NCBI GenBank assembly: GCA_037142615.1
Contig: JBAXAI010000036.1
Coordinates: 1-37,259 of the forward strand
DNA: 37,259 nucleotides
Direction of reading: 5' to 3'
Source: Spirochaetales bacterium
GTDB taxonomy: Bacteria > Spirochaetota > Spirochaetia > JABEVK01
The position numbers and the translations under genes are program-made. Shown here in pieces: positions 14,138 through 22,969 of the stretch. The stretch's first letter is position 1; every line of letters starts with the position of its first letter. The notes below the pieces were generated by a model that saw nothing but the letters and a program-made list of their open reading frames with translations, was not told the origin of the DNA and did no database searches.

Positions 14138-16363
14138 GTGGACAATTCAGCCGAAGTCTTTGCCAAGGTCTTTCACCTGAGCCCCGATGCGGTAACGATC
14201 AGCCGCCTCGCCGATGGGGTCATCCTCGCCGTCAACGAGGCCTACACGTCGATCACCGGCTATGCGGCCGAGGAAGTCCTCGGAGAATCCTCGGTTTCGC
14301 CCAAAGTATCAAACTGGTACAACCCGTCAGACCGACTTCTTCTGATCAATGGACTCCGAGGCACGGGCGAGGTTCAGAACATGCAGGCCAATTTCCGGCG
14401 CAAAGACGGCGAGCTGTTGATCGGCCTCGTTTCGGCAAAAATCCTTGACATCGAGGGGAGTCCCTGCCTTTTGGCCGTGATCCGCAACATCACCGAACTC
14501 GTGCATTTGCAAGACCAGTTGGCCGAAAGCCACCACGACTTTGAAACCGTCTTCGAGAACTCGGCCGACGCCATCCTCGTATCGGAACTTGACGGACGCA
14601 TTGTCAGCGCCAACACGACGGCGTGCCAAAGTCTGGGTTACACGCTGGCAGAACTGCAGGCGATGCGGGTTTCGGAAATCAACGCGCCCGAGACTCTGGC
14701 CGACGTTCGGGCGAAGATCGAGTTGTTGCAGCGCGATGGACGGCTTCTCAGTCTGGTGACCCACCTCACCAAGGACGGCAGGCACATTCCCACCGAAGTG
14801 AACTCACGCATCGTTGAGTTTCAGGGGGGCCAGCGGGTGCTGACGATCGCTCGAGACGTGAGTGGGCGCTTGGGAACCGAGGCGGCCCTGCTCGACAGCG
14901 AACGCCGCTACCGCCTGATCTTCGAAAACTCGGGCACCTCCAACTCCATCTTTGATCTGGACTGCCGCCTCGTGCTTCAAAACTCAGAATCGAGGAAGAC
15001 GCTGGGGGTTGAACCTGATGCGTTGGGCCGAACTGTCGAAGAGATCTTCGGCGCCACCCAGGGTGGACTGATCCGGCGCCGAATGCTGGAAGTGCAGCAA
15101 TCCAAATTGGGCATTACCCATGAATCGACCTTTACGCTGCCCGACGGCGAGCGGACGTTCCAGTCGAGTTATCAACCCGTTCTCGACGACCGCGGGCTGC
15201 TGATCGGCATCCAGGTAATTTCGCGCGATGTGTCTGAGGCCCGCCGCCTTGACCTGCGCCTGAGGCAAACCGCCCGGCTCGAGGGCATCGGGGTTTTGGC
15301 CGGCGGCATTGCCCACGACTTCAACAATCTGCTCGCAGGGCTTTCCGGGAACCTCGAATTGGCCCAGATGAACCTGAAAGCAGGCAAGCCCGAGGTGGCC
15401 TTGGACCGGCTCGAGAAGGCCGCCCAGGTGTTCCAACGCGCCAAGTCGCTGACCCGCCAACTGCTGACCTTTGCCAAGGGCGGCGCGCCCAACCCACAAC
15501 CGCAAATGCTCAACCAACAGCTCAAGGAATGGGCCGAGTTTTCCTTCAGCGGGAGCGAGGTCTCAATCTTGCTCGACCTGCAAGAGGACCTTTGGCTGTG
15601 CGAATGCGATGCGATGCAGATTGGTCAGGCCGTCGATAACTTGCTGATCAATGCCAGGCAGGCTTCTCCGGACACCGGCTCGGTGGTGCTCAAGGCCGAA
15701 AACTGCCTGCGCGACCGGCCGTACCTGGCCATCCACGTCACCGACCAGGGTCCAGGGGTTCCCGTCGAGCTCCGAGAGAAGATTTTCGACCCGTTCTTCA
15801 CCACCAAGGCCAGCGGAAGCGGTCTGGGGCTGGCTTCGGCGCTTTCTATTGCCCGCCAGCACGGGGGCTGGATCGAGGTGAGTTCGCCTTCGGGCCGGGG
15901 TTCGACGTTCAGCTTGTTCCTGCCGGCCACCCCGGGGCCCAAGGGCTTGCAGAAGCTGGAGGCAAAAGTCCGCTACCAAGGGAGCGGCACGATTCTTCTG
16001 ATGGACGACGAGGAGTCGCTCCGCGAAGCGGTCGCCGAAATCCTCCGGACGCTGGGCTTTGACGTGGTGCCGGTCTCGGACGGTTTGGAAGCGCTGCGTA
16101 TGTTTCAGACCGAACGCGAACGCGGTGTGAACTTCCGGCTCGCACTGTTGGACCTGACCATCCGTGGCGGCCTCAACGGGGTGGCGACGGCAAGCGGTCT
16201 GCGGGGACTGGATCCGACGTTGCCGTTGTTGGCCATGAGCGGCTATTCCGAGGATTACTATCCGGAAACGCTCGCCCTGAGCGGGTTCGACAGCCTGCTT
16301 GCCAAGCCGTTTACGCTTAACGAGTTAGCAACAGCCATCCGTGCCATCGTTCCAAGCGACTAA
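14138..16363 (+). CDS. Cytoplasmic hybrid sensor histidine kinase (3 PAS, HisKA, HATPase, receiver; CckA-like)
   Basis: Three PAS/PAC repeats, AGGIAHDFNNLL, NLLINARQA, DQGPG, FDPFFTTK..GSGLGL and a receiver domain (LMDDE..LLDLT..KPF). Confidence 0.93.
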   Translation: MDNSAEVFAKVFHLSPDAVTISRLADGVILAVNEAYTSITGYAAEEVLGESSVSPKVSNWYNPSDRLLLINGLRGTGEVQNMQANFRRKDGELLIGLVSAKILDIEGSPCLLAVIRNITELVHLQDQLAESHHDFETVFENSADAILVSELDGRIVSANTTACQSLGYTLAELQAMRVSEINAPETLADVRAKIELLQRDGRLLSLVTHLTKDGRHIPTEVNSRIVEFQGGQRVLTIARDVSGRLGTEAALLDSERRYRLIFENSGTSNSIFDLDCRLVLQNSESRKTLGVEPDALGRTVEEIFGATQGGLIRRRMLEVQQSKLGITHESTFTLPDGERTFQSSYQPVLDDRGLLIGIQVISRDVSEARRLDLRLRQTARLEGIGVLAGGIAHDFNNLLAGLSGNLELAQMNLKAGKPEVALDRLEKAAQVFQRAKSLTRQLLTFAKGGAPNPQPQMLNQQLKEWAEFSFSGSEVSILLDLQEDLWLCECDAMQIGQAVDNLLINARQASPDTGSVVLKAENCLRDRPYLAIHVTDQGPGVPVELREKIFDPFFTTKASGSGLGLASALSIARQHGGWIEVSSPSGRGSTFSLFLPATPGPKGLQKLEAKVRYQGSGTILLMDDEESLREAVAEILRTLGFDVVPVSDGLEALRMFQTERERGVNFRLALLDLTIRGGLNGVATASGLRGLDPTLPLLAMSGYSEDYYPETLALSGFDSLLAKPFTLNELATAIRAIVPSD

Positions 16364-16373
16364 CGGCACAATA

Positions 16374-17231
16374 CTAGAACGAGGTCCCTTGGCGCACCAC
16401 TTCGGCCGCCTCGGGACTGGGCGCCATGATGACATTGTCGAGCGTGCCCCAGCGCTGCGGATGGTCTTTGGCGAGGTAGATCGCGCGCTCATCCATCGTC
16501 AGACCCATGGGCCCACCCCGGTGAAACTCGAGCGTCCAGCCCAGATTGACCAGCATCGGCAGGCAGGCCGCGAAGTCCCAAAGTTTGAACTTGGTGATGC
16601 AAGCCCCGTAGCTCCCGGCCGCCAGGCGCACCATGTTGAACACAGAACTGCCGGTCACCTGCACGTAAAACGGCAGGTTGTAGTCGCCCTCGCGGGCCAA
16701 CTGCTGACTGATGCTGATCATGCTGCCGCGCGGCAAATCGCGGTGGGTGGGGCCCTTGAGCTCGTGGGGAAGGCCGAGTTTTTCGTTCCAAGTGTCGGGG
16801 TCGGTGCCGAGCTTCTCGCGGAAGGTCTTGCCCTGGCGGGTGTAGTACAGTTCTCCCAGAGCGGCCAGTAACACCACGCCTTCGGTGAGTACTCCGGCCT
16901 CCATGAAGCCGATCGACACGCCCCAGTTGGGCAGATTGTTCGAAAACGGCGCTGTGCCGTCGATAGGATCGATGATCCAGGCCTTTTGGCGGAAGGCTTC
17001 GGCCAAGTAGCCCTCGGTTTGGTCGGCGATGGTTTCCTCACCCAACAGGTAAACGCCTTCGCCGGGTCGGTTCAGCTGCTCGGTCAGGTAGGCCTCGATG
17101 GACTTATCGGCCAACGTGACGATGGAATCGTCGGACTTGTACTCGCGGGCGGGGTAATCGAAGTACGAAAGGGCCATGCGGCCACAATCCAGCACCAAGG
17201 GAAGGAGGCGTTCGAGGTTCCACGTTGTCAT
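16374..17231 (-). CDS. Inositol monophosphatase family protein
   Basis: VTLAD, LGEE, WIIDPIDGT and WDFAA motifs. Confidence 0.92.
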   Translation of the reverse strand: MTTWNLERLLPLVLDCGRMALSYFDYPAREYKSDDSIVTLADKSIEAYLTEQLNRPGEGVYLLGEETIADQTEGYLAEAFRQKAWIIDPIDGTAPFSNNLPNWGVSIGFMEAGVLTEGVVLLAALGELYYTRQGKTFREKLGTDPDTWNEKLGLPHELKGPTHRDLPRGSMISISQQLAREGDYNLPFYVQVTGSSVFNMVRLAAGSYGACITKFKLWDFAACLPMLVNLGWTLEFHRGGPMGLTMDERAIYLAKDHPQRWGTLDNVIMAPSPEAAEVVRQGTSF

Positions 17232-17236
17232 GGGTC

Positions 17237-17265
17237 AATGTAGCTTCCCATGGCCTTTTCTTCAA
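17237..17265 (-). promoter_or_regulatory. Sigma70-type leaderless promoter of the IMPase gene
   Basis: TTGAAG, 17 bp, TACATT, 5 nt, ATG (17231). Confidence 0.6.
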
Positions 17266-17289
17266 GGACGTGGTAAACCAAAAGTCTTC

Positions 17290-17655
17290 ATGAAACCCTT
17301 TGATCTGGTGTTTCTCGCGCTCAGCCTGACGCTGACGGCGGGCACCGCGTGGGCTGTTCTGGCCCCAACGAACACCCCGCTTCGCCTCGAGGTGCAGACC
17401 GACAAGGCCCTGTACTCTTACCCTCTGGAGGTGGATCAGACCGTGAAGGCCGAGGGACCGTTGGGAATCACTTTGGTGCACATCGAAAAAGGCACCATCC
17501 ACGTGGAAGACTCACCCTGTACCAACAAGGTTTGCATCGCCATGGGCACCATCCGCTCCAGCGGCCAGTGGGTGGCGTGTTTGCCCAATCACGTGTTTGT
17601 GCGGATCACTGGGGGCGCCCAGACGCAGGATTCGGTCGATGCCGGCGTCTTCTAG
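17290..17655 (+). CDS. NusG domain II-containing (DUF1312/Lin0431-like) membrane-anchored protein
   Basis: N-terminal TM; GPLG..V.IEKG..V.DSPCTNKVCIAMG.I...GQWVACLPNHVFVRI. Start at ATG 17290. Confidence 0.88.
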   Translation: MKPFDLVFLALSLTLTAGTAWAVLAPTNTPLRLEVQTDKALYSYPLEVDQTVKAEGPLGITLVHIEKGTIHVEDSPCTNKVCIAMGTIRSSGQWVACLPNHVFVRITGGAQTQDSVDAGVF

Positions 17656-18187
17656 CCCTCGGGCACAAGCCCGCCTGCCGCTGGTGGCCTTTTTCGGCGC
17701 GCTCAGTTTGTTCTTCGCCACGCTCGAATACCTCTTCCCCACCCCTCCTTGGTTCAAGCTGGGTCTGAGCAACCTTCCGATGCTCATTGCGCTGGATTTC
17801 TTTACGCTGCCAGAGCTTCTGTTGCTCCTGGTGCTCAAGGTTGTCGGTCAGGGCATCGTCAACGGAACGCTGGCCAGTCAGGCGTTCGTGCTTTCGGCGG
17901 CGGGCAGCCTGGCCAGCTTCGTGGTGATGTACATGGCCTTCCGCCTGATTCCACGCCGTTGGGTGTCGCTCATCGGCCTGAGCTTGGCCGGTTCGATGGC
18001 CAGCAACGCGGTGCAAGTGGGCCTGTCGATGGCGTGGATTTTTGGGCCTGCGTCGGGCATCATCGCCCCGTGGTTTCTGGGTCTGGGCACGGCCAGCGGC
18101 TTGGCCATCGGCTGGGGGGCCGAAACGCTGCAGCGGCATTCGCGCTGGCTGAGGAGGGTCAAACGTGGCCAAAGTGCGACAGCCTAA
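17639..18187 (+). CDS. Gx transporter family protein (heptaprenyl diphosphate synthase component I-like)
   Basis: LEYLFP.PPWFKLGLSNL..LSAAGSLASF..SLIGLSLAG..ASNAVQV. The usual partner of NusG-II proteins. Confidence 0.88.
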   Translation: MPASSSPRAQARLPLVAFFGALSLFFATLEYLFPTPPWFKLGLSNLPMLIALDFFTLPELLLLLVLKVVGQGIVNGTLASQAFVLSAAGSLASFVVMYMAFRLIPRRWVSLIGLSLAGSMASNAVQVGLSMAWIFGPASGIIAPWFLGLGTASGLAIGWGAETLQRHSRWLRRVKRGQSATA

Positions 18188-18833
18188 GCCGCGTCGGCCC
18201 AAAAGGCCAGACCTCCTCGACACGCTGGTGCACCCGACCCTCCGCTTTGTGTGGGGTCTGGCGCTGATCGCCGTACTGGTACTGGCCCCGCGCTGGGAAA
18301 CCCGGGCGGCGGTGATGCTCTTGGGCGCCGTGCTGGCCACGCTGGCCGGCAAGCGCATCAGCTTCGGGTACTTCCTCGTGTTGGCCGGTACGGTGGTGTT
18401 CTTTCACTTGCTCGCACCCTTCGGCAAGGTCCTGGCCAGTCCGCTGGGCTTTCCCCTTACCGAGGGAGCACTGCTGGGGGGCTGGAAGAACGGACTGACC
18501 ATGGCGGGTTTGGTGTTCGTCAGCTTGGGAACCATCAGCCGGAAGTTGCACCTCCCGGGCCGTTTCGGCGAGCTGTGGGCCCTGACCTTTGCCTGGTACG
18601 AACGCCTCATGGAGTCCAAGAACCGAATCCATCCCCGCGCAATTCTCCTTTCGGTGGACCGCATTCTGGAACACCATTACCCTACACTTCCACGGGACGA
18701 GGGTGACGAAAGCGCGAGTCCGCTGTGGACCGCCGGCCTCCGCGAGCCGCACACGGCCACCACGGTGTGGGGCTGGCTTCTCGTGTTGGCGACGATTCTG
18801 GCCACGACAACTCTGGGGGTGTTGCTGAAATGA
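18165..18833 (+). CDS. Multi-pass membrane protein, distantly EcfT/CbiQ-like
   Basis: About 5 TM segments; APFGKVL..LTEGALLGG resembles the EcfT loop. Overlaps both neighbours. The family assignment is tentative. Confidence 0.55.
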   Translation: MAKVRQPKPRRPKRPDLLDTLVHPTLRFVWGLALIAVLVLAPRWETRAAVMLLGAVLATLAGKRISFGYFLVLAGTVVFFHLLAPFGKVLASPLGFPLTEGALLGGWKNGLTMAGLVFVSLGTISRKLHLPGRFGELWALTFAWYERLMESKNRIHPRAILLSVDRILEHHYPTLPRDEGDESASPLWTAGLREPHTATTVWGWLLVLATILATTTLGVLLK

Positions 18834-19294
18834 AGACTACCGACGACAAGCCCGTGCTGCTGGTTTGGGCCAGCAAGAACGGTGGCACCGAGACCCTCGC
18901 CCAGCGCTTGATGGAAGTGCTCACCAAGCAGAAGATCGCCGTCGAAATGAAGAACGTGAAAGACGTGGACCTGAGCGCGCTTTCGGAGTACCGGGCCCTG
19001 GTGTTCGGCAGCCCGACCTACGGCTCGGGAGACCTTCATCCGGCGTGGGACAAACCAGAACGCGCGCTACGCGACCTGCAACTGCCGGAGATGCCCTTTG
19101 CGACCTTCGGTTGCGGGGCCTCGCGCTACCCGACGCCACACTGGGCGGTCGACATCCTGGAAAACCGCCTGAAGAACTGCGGAGGCAAGCGCCTGATCGC
19201 CGGCCTCAAAATGGACACCTTGCTCGGCCTGCGGGTCCGCGATGCCGACCCCTGGGCCAAAGACCTCGCCAAGGCCCTCCTCGCGCTAGTTTAG
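18830..19294 (+). CDS. Short-chain flavodoxin
   Basis: WASKNGGTETLA phosphate loop, GSPTYGSGDL and FGCGASRY. ATG 18830 overlaps the upstream stop. Confidence 0.9.
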   Translation: MKTTDDKPVLLVWASKNGGTETLAQRLMEVLTKQKIAVEMKNVKDVDLSALSEYRALVFGSPTYGSGDLHPAWDKPERALRDLQLPEMPFATFGCGASRYPTPHWAVDILENRLKNCGGKRLIAGLKMDTLLGLRVRDADPWAKDLAKALLALV

Positions 19295-19783
19295 GAAGTG
19301 TTCGGCTTGGTCGTTCGTGCGGTAGGCTTGGTAGTCGGCCGTGGTGAACCACAGCGCCAGCTCGCGTTCGGCGTCTTTGGCGTCGGCCGAAGCGTGGATG
19401 AGGTTGCGCACCGCAGTGCCCAGCGCCTTGGTGGCAGCGTAGGTATGGTGGGCGTAGTCGCCGCGGATGGTGCCGGGAGCCGACTTCAGCGGTTCGGTGG
19501 CGCCGCAGACTTTGCGAACGTTTTCGATGGCGGAAACCCCTTCGACGGCGAACGCCACGACGGGACCCGACACGATGAAGTCGATGAGCGCGTTGCGCAC
19601 GGCCTCACCGTGGCGAACCGCGATATCTTCGTAGGTGTAGTGTCGGCCGGCAAGCTCGCGGCTGGCGGTCACCAGTTTCAGGGCGGTGATTTTGAGTCCC
19701 TGCCGCTCAAAGCGCATCAGAATTTCACCGACCAGGCCCCGGCGCACGCCATCGGGCTTGATCAGACAAAGGGTAGTTTCCAT
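19286..19783 (-). CDS. ndk: Nucleoside diphosphate kinase
   Basis: TLCLIKPDGVRRGLVGEI, PGTIRGDY and RNLIHAS. Start at ATG 19783. Confidence 0.96.
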   Translation of the reverse strand: METTLCLIKPDGVRRGLVGEILMRFERQGLKITALKLVTASRELAGRHYTYEDIAVRHGEAVRNALIDFIVSGPVVAFAVEGVSAIENVRKVCGATEPLKSAPGTIRGDYAHHTYAATKALGTAVRNLIHASADAKDAERELALWFTTADYQAYRTNDQAEHFLN

Positions 19784-19790
19784 GGGGCGT

Positions 19791-19840
19791 ATTGTCCGGT
19801 TTTTCGGGCCTTTGACAAGACCCTTCTTTGGGGCTACCTT
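19791..19840. promoter_or_regulatory. Overlapping divergent leaderless promoters (ndk and lipoprotein-M18 operon)
   Basis: Plus strand: TTGACA (19812-17), 17 bp, TACCTT (19835-40), 7 nt, ATG. Minus strand: TTGTCA (19818-13), 16 bp, GACAAT (19796-91), 7 nt, ATG. Confidence 0.6.
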
Positions 19841-19847
19841 GACCGCC

Positions 19848-20852
19848 ATGCGCCGTTTTGCGCCCTTCCTTTTTGTGCTGACTCTGGGGCTAGCCTCCTG
19901 CGGGCCGTCGAGACCGACCTACACCGACCGCGTGCAGGACTTGCCCGCCGAAAGCGCCGACGCGAGGCTGTTGGAGCTGGCGCATCTTCTTTCCGGGAAG
20001 AACTTTGCCGAGTCGACTAAGCTTGCCGAGGTTTGGAAGCAATGGCTGGTCTCTATTCAGGTAGGGGTTCCCTTGCAGGAAGGCAACAACTTCACCTTTG
20101 TCTACTACGATGCCGGCGACCAACTCGACGCAGTCTGGCTTCAGGCCTCATTCTGTCCTTCGGCGCCGCTGCCGATGGAGCGCTGGCAGAACTCGCGGCT
20201 GTTCTACCGTTCGTTTATCATCCTGAAGCCTGCATTGTTGCACTACCACTTCGTTTCGTCGGGCACGAATCCCGACTCGTATCTTGCAGATCCGTTTCAT
20301 CCCGATGTGGCCCCGGGCGATAACGCCGAAAGCACGTTTCCCAAACTGGCCGATCCACGCATCCACGCCATCGATGCGGCGCTCGAGCCGGGTTTGGCGG
20401 GCCAGAATCTGCGAATCCTGTTGCCGCCCGGCTACGACAGGGACCTTTCGCACACCTGGCCACTGATCGTGCTTGTCGGCCGCACGGGCACCCACTGGGA
20501 CGAGGTCATCACACCGGCGTTCGACAACGGGACGGTTCTGCCCAATATCGTGGTGGCCTTGATCCCCGATCCTTCCCGGCCGCTCACGGCAGCCTCGCTT
20601 GCCCTTAAGTGGTCGCAGGAGCTGCAGCCCTGGTTGGCGTCGCACTACCGGATTACCTTGGGGCCGGCGGGCACCTTCCTGCTGGGCTGGGGCGAGGAGT
20701 CCAAGGCAGCGTTGGAGGCAGCGGCAGCCCATCCCGATTTCTTTGGTCACGCTTGGGCACCCCCGGCCGGTACCAACACCAACGACCTCAACGTTTGGAA
20801 CCAAAACATCGCCCAGGTGCTCCGCACCTACTTTCTCAAGGTGGCCCCATGA
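19848..20852 (+). CDS. Lipoprotein with Ig/CBM-like plus Fes-type esterase-like fold, lacking the catalytic serine
   Basis: Lipobox LGLAS-C; ILLPPGYD..WPLIVL and LQPWLASHYRI..AHPDFFG match the putative-esterase pattern, but the GxSxG position reads GWGEE. Confidence 0.7.
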   Translation: MRRFAPFLFVLTLGLASCGPSRPTYTDRVQDLPAESADARLLELAHLLSGKNFAESTKLAEVWKQWLVSIQVGVPLQEGNNFTFVYYDAGDQLDAVWLQASFCPSAPLPMERWQNSRLFYRSFIILKPALLHYHFVSSGTNPDSYLADPFHPDVAPGDNAESTFPKLADPRIHAIDAALEPGLAGQNLRILLPPGYDRDLSHTWPLIVLVGRTGTHWDEVITPAFDNGTVLPNIVVALIPDPSRPLTAASLALKWSQELQPWLASHYRITLGPAGTFLLGWGEESKAALEAAAAHPDFFGHAWAPPAGTNTNDLNVWNQNIAQVLRTYFLKVAP

Positions 20853-22093
20853 AGTTATTCTCGTTCCTTCACAGCGCTCTGACACCTTTCCATGCCACGG
20901 GGCTGCTCGCAGAACAACTGCTCAAGGCTGGCTACCGCGAAGTGGCAGAAACCGAGGCGTGGAGCTTCCAGCCGGGCGACAAGCTGTTCTTGCGACGGGA
21001 TTCCGGGTCGCTGGCCGCCTGGATCGCAGGCTCCGACCCCACTGCGGGCTTTCGTATCGCTGCCGCCCACACCGACAGCCCTTGCTGGAAACTCAAGCTG
21101 GCGGGTCAGACCCGGGATGCGTCGGGTGTGGTGCGCATCGGCACCGAGGTGTACGGGGGCCCCATCCATGCCACCTGGTTTGATCGTCCGCTTTCGATCG
21201 CCGGTCGGATCCTGGTGCGCTTTCAGGGGGGGCTGGCCGAACTCGTGGTGAGAACCCCCGCGCTGGCCGTGTTCCCGAATCTGGCCATCCACTACAACCG
21301 CGAGGTCAACAAGGGGCAGGCCTACGACCTCGGGGACCACCTCACCTTGCTGGCGGCGCTGGGTACCGCCCCCGACCTGCAGTCATGGTTGGCCACCGAA
21401 TATGGCTTTGCCACAGAGGACTTTGTGTCTGGGGACTTGTTTGCCGTCGATGCCGAAACACCGGTCGCCCTGGGACAGGACGGGTTGTTTCTCGCCCCGC
21501 GGGTCGACAACCTGGCAGGCTGCCATGCGGTGGCCGAGGCCTTGATTGTCAGCGACAAGCCTTCACCCTCAACACGCGTGGCGCTGTTTTTCAATCATGA
21601 GGAAATCGGCTCCCGCTCGTCGTCGGGTGCCGATTCGGCGTTTGTCCCCGATCTGCTCGATCGCCTGACCGGTGCGCTGGGAGGCAGCCGCGATGACCAC
21701 TTCCGCGCCAAAGCCGCCTCGTTCCTGCTGAGCGTCGATGCGGCGCATGGGGCCCACCCCAACTGGCCGGGCCAGCACGATGCGGAATACTCGCCACGCT
21801 TGGGCGGCGGACCGGTGCTCAAGGCGAGCGCCCGCCACAGCTACGCCACGACAGCGGCCGGCGAGGCCTTGGTCCGCGAGGCCGCCCGCCGCGCCGTGGT
21901 GACGCTGCAGAGCTACATCATGAAGTCGACGCTGGTACCGGGAAGCACGGTGGGCCCGCTGTCGACCGCGATGGCCGGTCTGTCGGGCGCTGACGTAGGC
22001 ATTCCGCTTTGGGCCATGCATTCGGCCCGCGAAACGGCCCACCTGCGCGACCAGGATGCGATGATCGCCCTTGTCACCGAACTATTCGGCTGA
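20849..22093 (+). CDS. M18 family aminopeptidase (ApeB/aspartyl aminopeptidase-like)
   Basis: TPFHA, AAHTDSP, EVYGGP..TWFDRPL, NLAIH, DNL, HEEIGS and MHSARE. ATG 20849 overlaps the upstream stop. Confidence 0.93.
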   Translation: MKLFSFLHSALTPFHATGLLAEQLLKAGYREVAETEAWSFQPGDKLFLRRDSGSLAAWIAGSDPTAGFRIAAAHTDSPCWKLKLAGQTRDASGVVRIGTEVYGGPIHATWFDRPLSIAGRILVRFQGGLAELVVRTPALAVFPNLAIHYNREVNKGQAYDLGDHLTLLAALGTAPDLQSWLATEYGFATEDFVSGDLFAVDAETPVALGQDGLFLAPRVDNLAGCHAVAEALIVSDKPSPSTRVALFFNHEEIGSRSSSGADSAFVPDLLDRLTGALGGSRDDHFRAKAASFLLSVDAAHGAHPNWPGQHDAEYSPRLGGGPVLKASARHSYATTAAGEALVREAARRAVVTLQSYIMKSTLVPGSTVGPLSTAMAGLSGADVGIPLWAMHSARETAHLRDQDAMIALVTELFG

Positions 22094-22861
22094 CTTGACC
22101 CGTATCCAGAGCTCTTCCTGCTCGTGAAGCGACCTCGCCGTCAGCTCCTGCGACCCCCCAGCCAGGACTTCCATGCGCCTAAAGCGACGTTCGTACTTGG
22201 CGTTGCCGGCGATGAGCGCAGTTTCGGCATCGAGGCCCAGCTTGCGGCCGAGCGCACCCACGGCGAACAGAAGGTCACCGTATTCTTCCGCCAGCGCGGG
22301 GCGATCCCCCGAGGCGATTTCGTGTTCCAGCTCCTCGAGCTCCTCGCGTACCTTGGCTACCACCTCGGCCGGGTTGCGAAAGTCAAAGCCGGCCCTGCTC
22401 GCCCGTTTTTGCAGTTCTTGTGCCCGCATCAGCGTAGGCAGGGACTTGGCCACCGTGTCGAGCGCCGATTCGTGCTGGGCCCCCATGCCACCGGTCTTGG
22501 AGGCCTTTTCGGCCGCTTTGATCACATCCCAGTTGCGTTTCACGTCCTCGGAGGTCTCGGCCAAGGCGTCACCGAACACATGCGGGTGGCGGCGGATCAT
22601 CTTGTCGCAAATGGTATCGACCACATCGCTTACCGAGAAGTGACCGGCCTCACTCGCCATCTGGGCGTGAAACACCACCTGGAGCAGCACGTCGCCGAGT
22701 TCTTCCTTCACGTGGTTCGGATCACCAGACTGCACGGCTTCCACCAGCTCAGCCGACTCCTCCAACAGGTACTTGAGCAGACTTTCGGGGGTCTGTTCGC
22801 GGTCCCAGGGGCAACCATCGGGGGCCCGAAGTCGTTCCATGATGTCGACGAGTTTCTGCAT
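22082..22861 (-). CDS. mazG: Nucleoside triphosphate pyrophosphohydrolase MazG (two-domain)
   Basis: LRAPDGCPWDREQT, EELGDVLLQVVFH, RRHPHVF, EEYGDLLF and KYERRF. Confidence 0.95.
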   Translation of the reverse strand: MQKLVDIMERLRAPDGCPWDREQTPESLLKYLLEESAELVEAVQSGDPNHVKEELGDVLLQVVFHAQMASEAGHFSVSDVVDTICDKMIRRHPHVFGDALAETSEDVKRNWDVIKAAEKASKTGGMGAQHESALDTVAKSLPTLMRAQELQKRASRAGFDFRNPAEVVAKVREELEELEHEIASGDRPALAEEYGDLLFAVGALGRKLGLDAETALIAGNAKYERRFRRMEVLAGGSQELTARSLHEQEELWIRVKSAE

Positions 22862-22969
22862 GTTGCCAGTTTATCAGGGCGCCACCCGTAAGGAAAGACG
22901 GCGACGCCTTATGGCCTTTGGGTGCGAAGTTTTCGGCGGGCGGCCGATAAATCGGTGTATCATGGGCTC

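Noticed and set aside
22082-22861. mazG as an anti-phage or TA-linked gene
   Set aside because: Ordinary two-domain housekeeping MazG with host-like composition, about 19 kb from the TA module.
22943-22955. Perfect GCCGATAA (sigma28 -10) and a CCGAT-AA-ATCGG palindrome upstream of the oxidoreductase
   Set aside because: No correctly spaced TAAA -35; a sigma70-type TATCAT box explains the start more simply.
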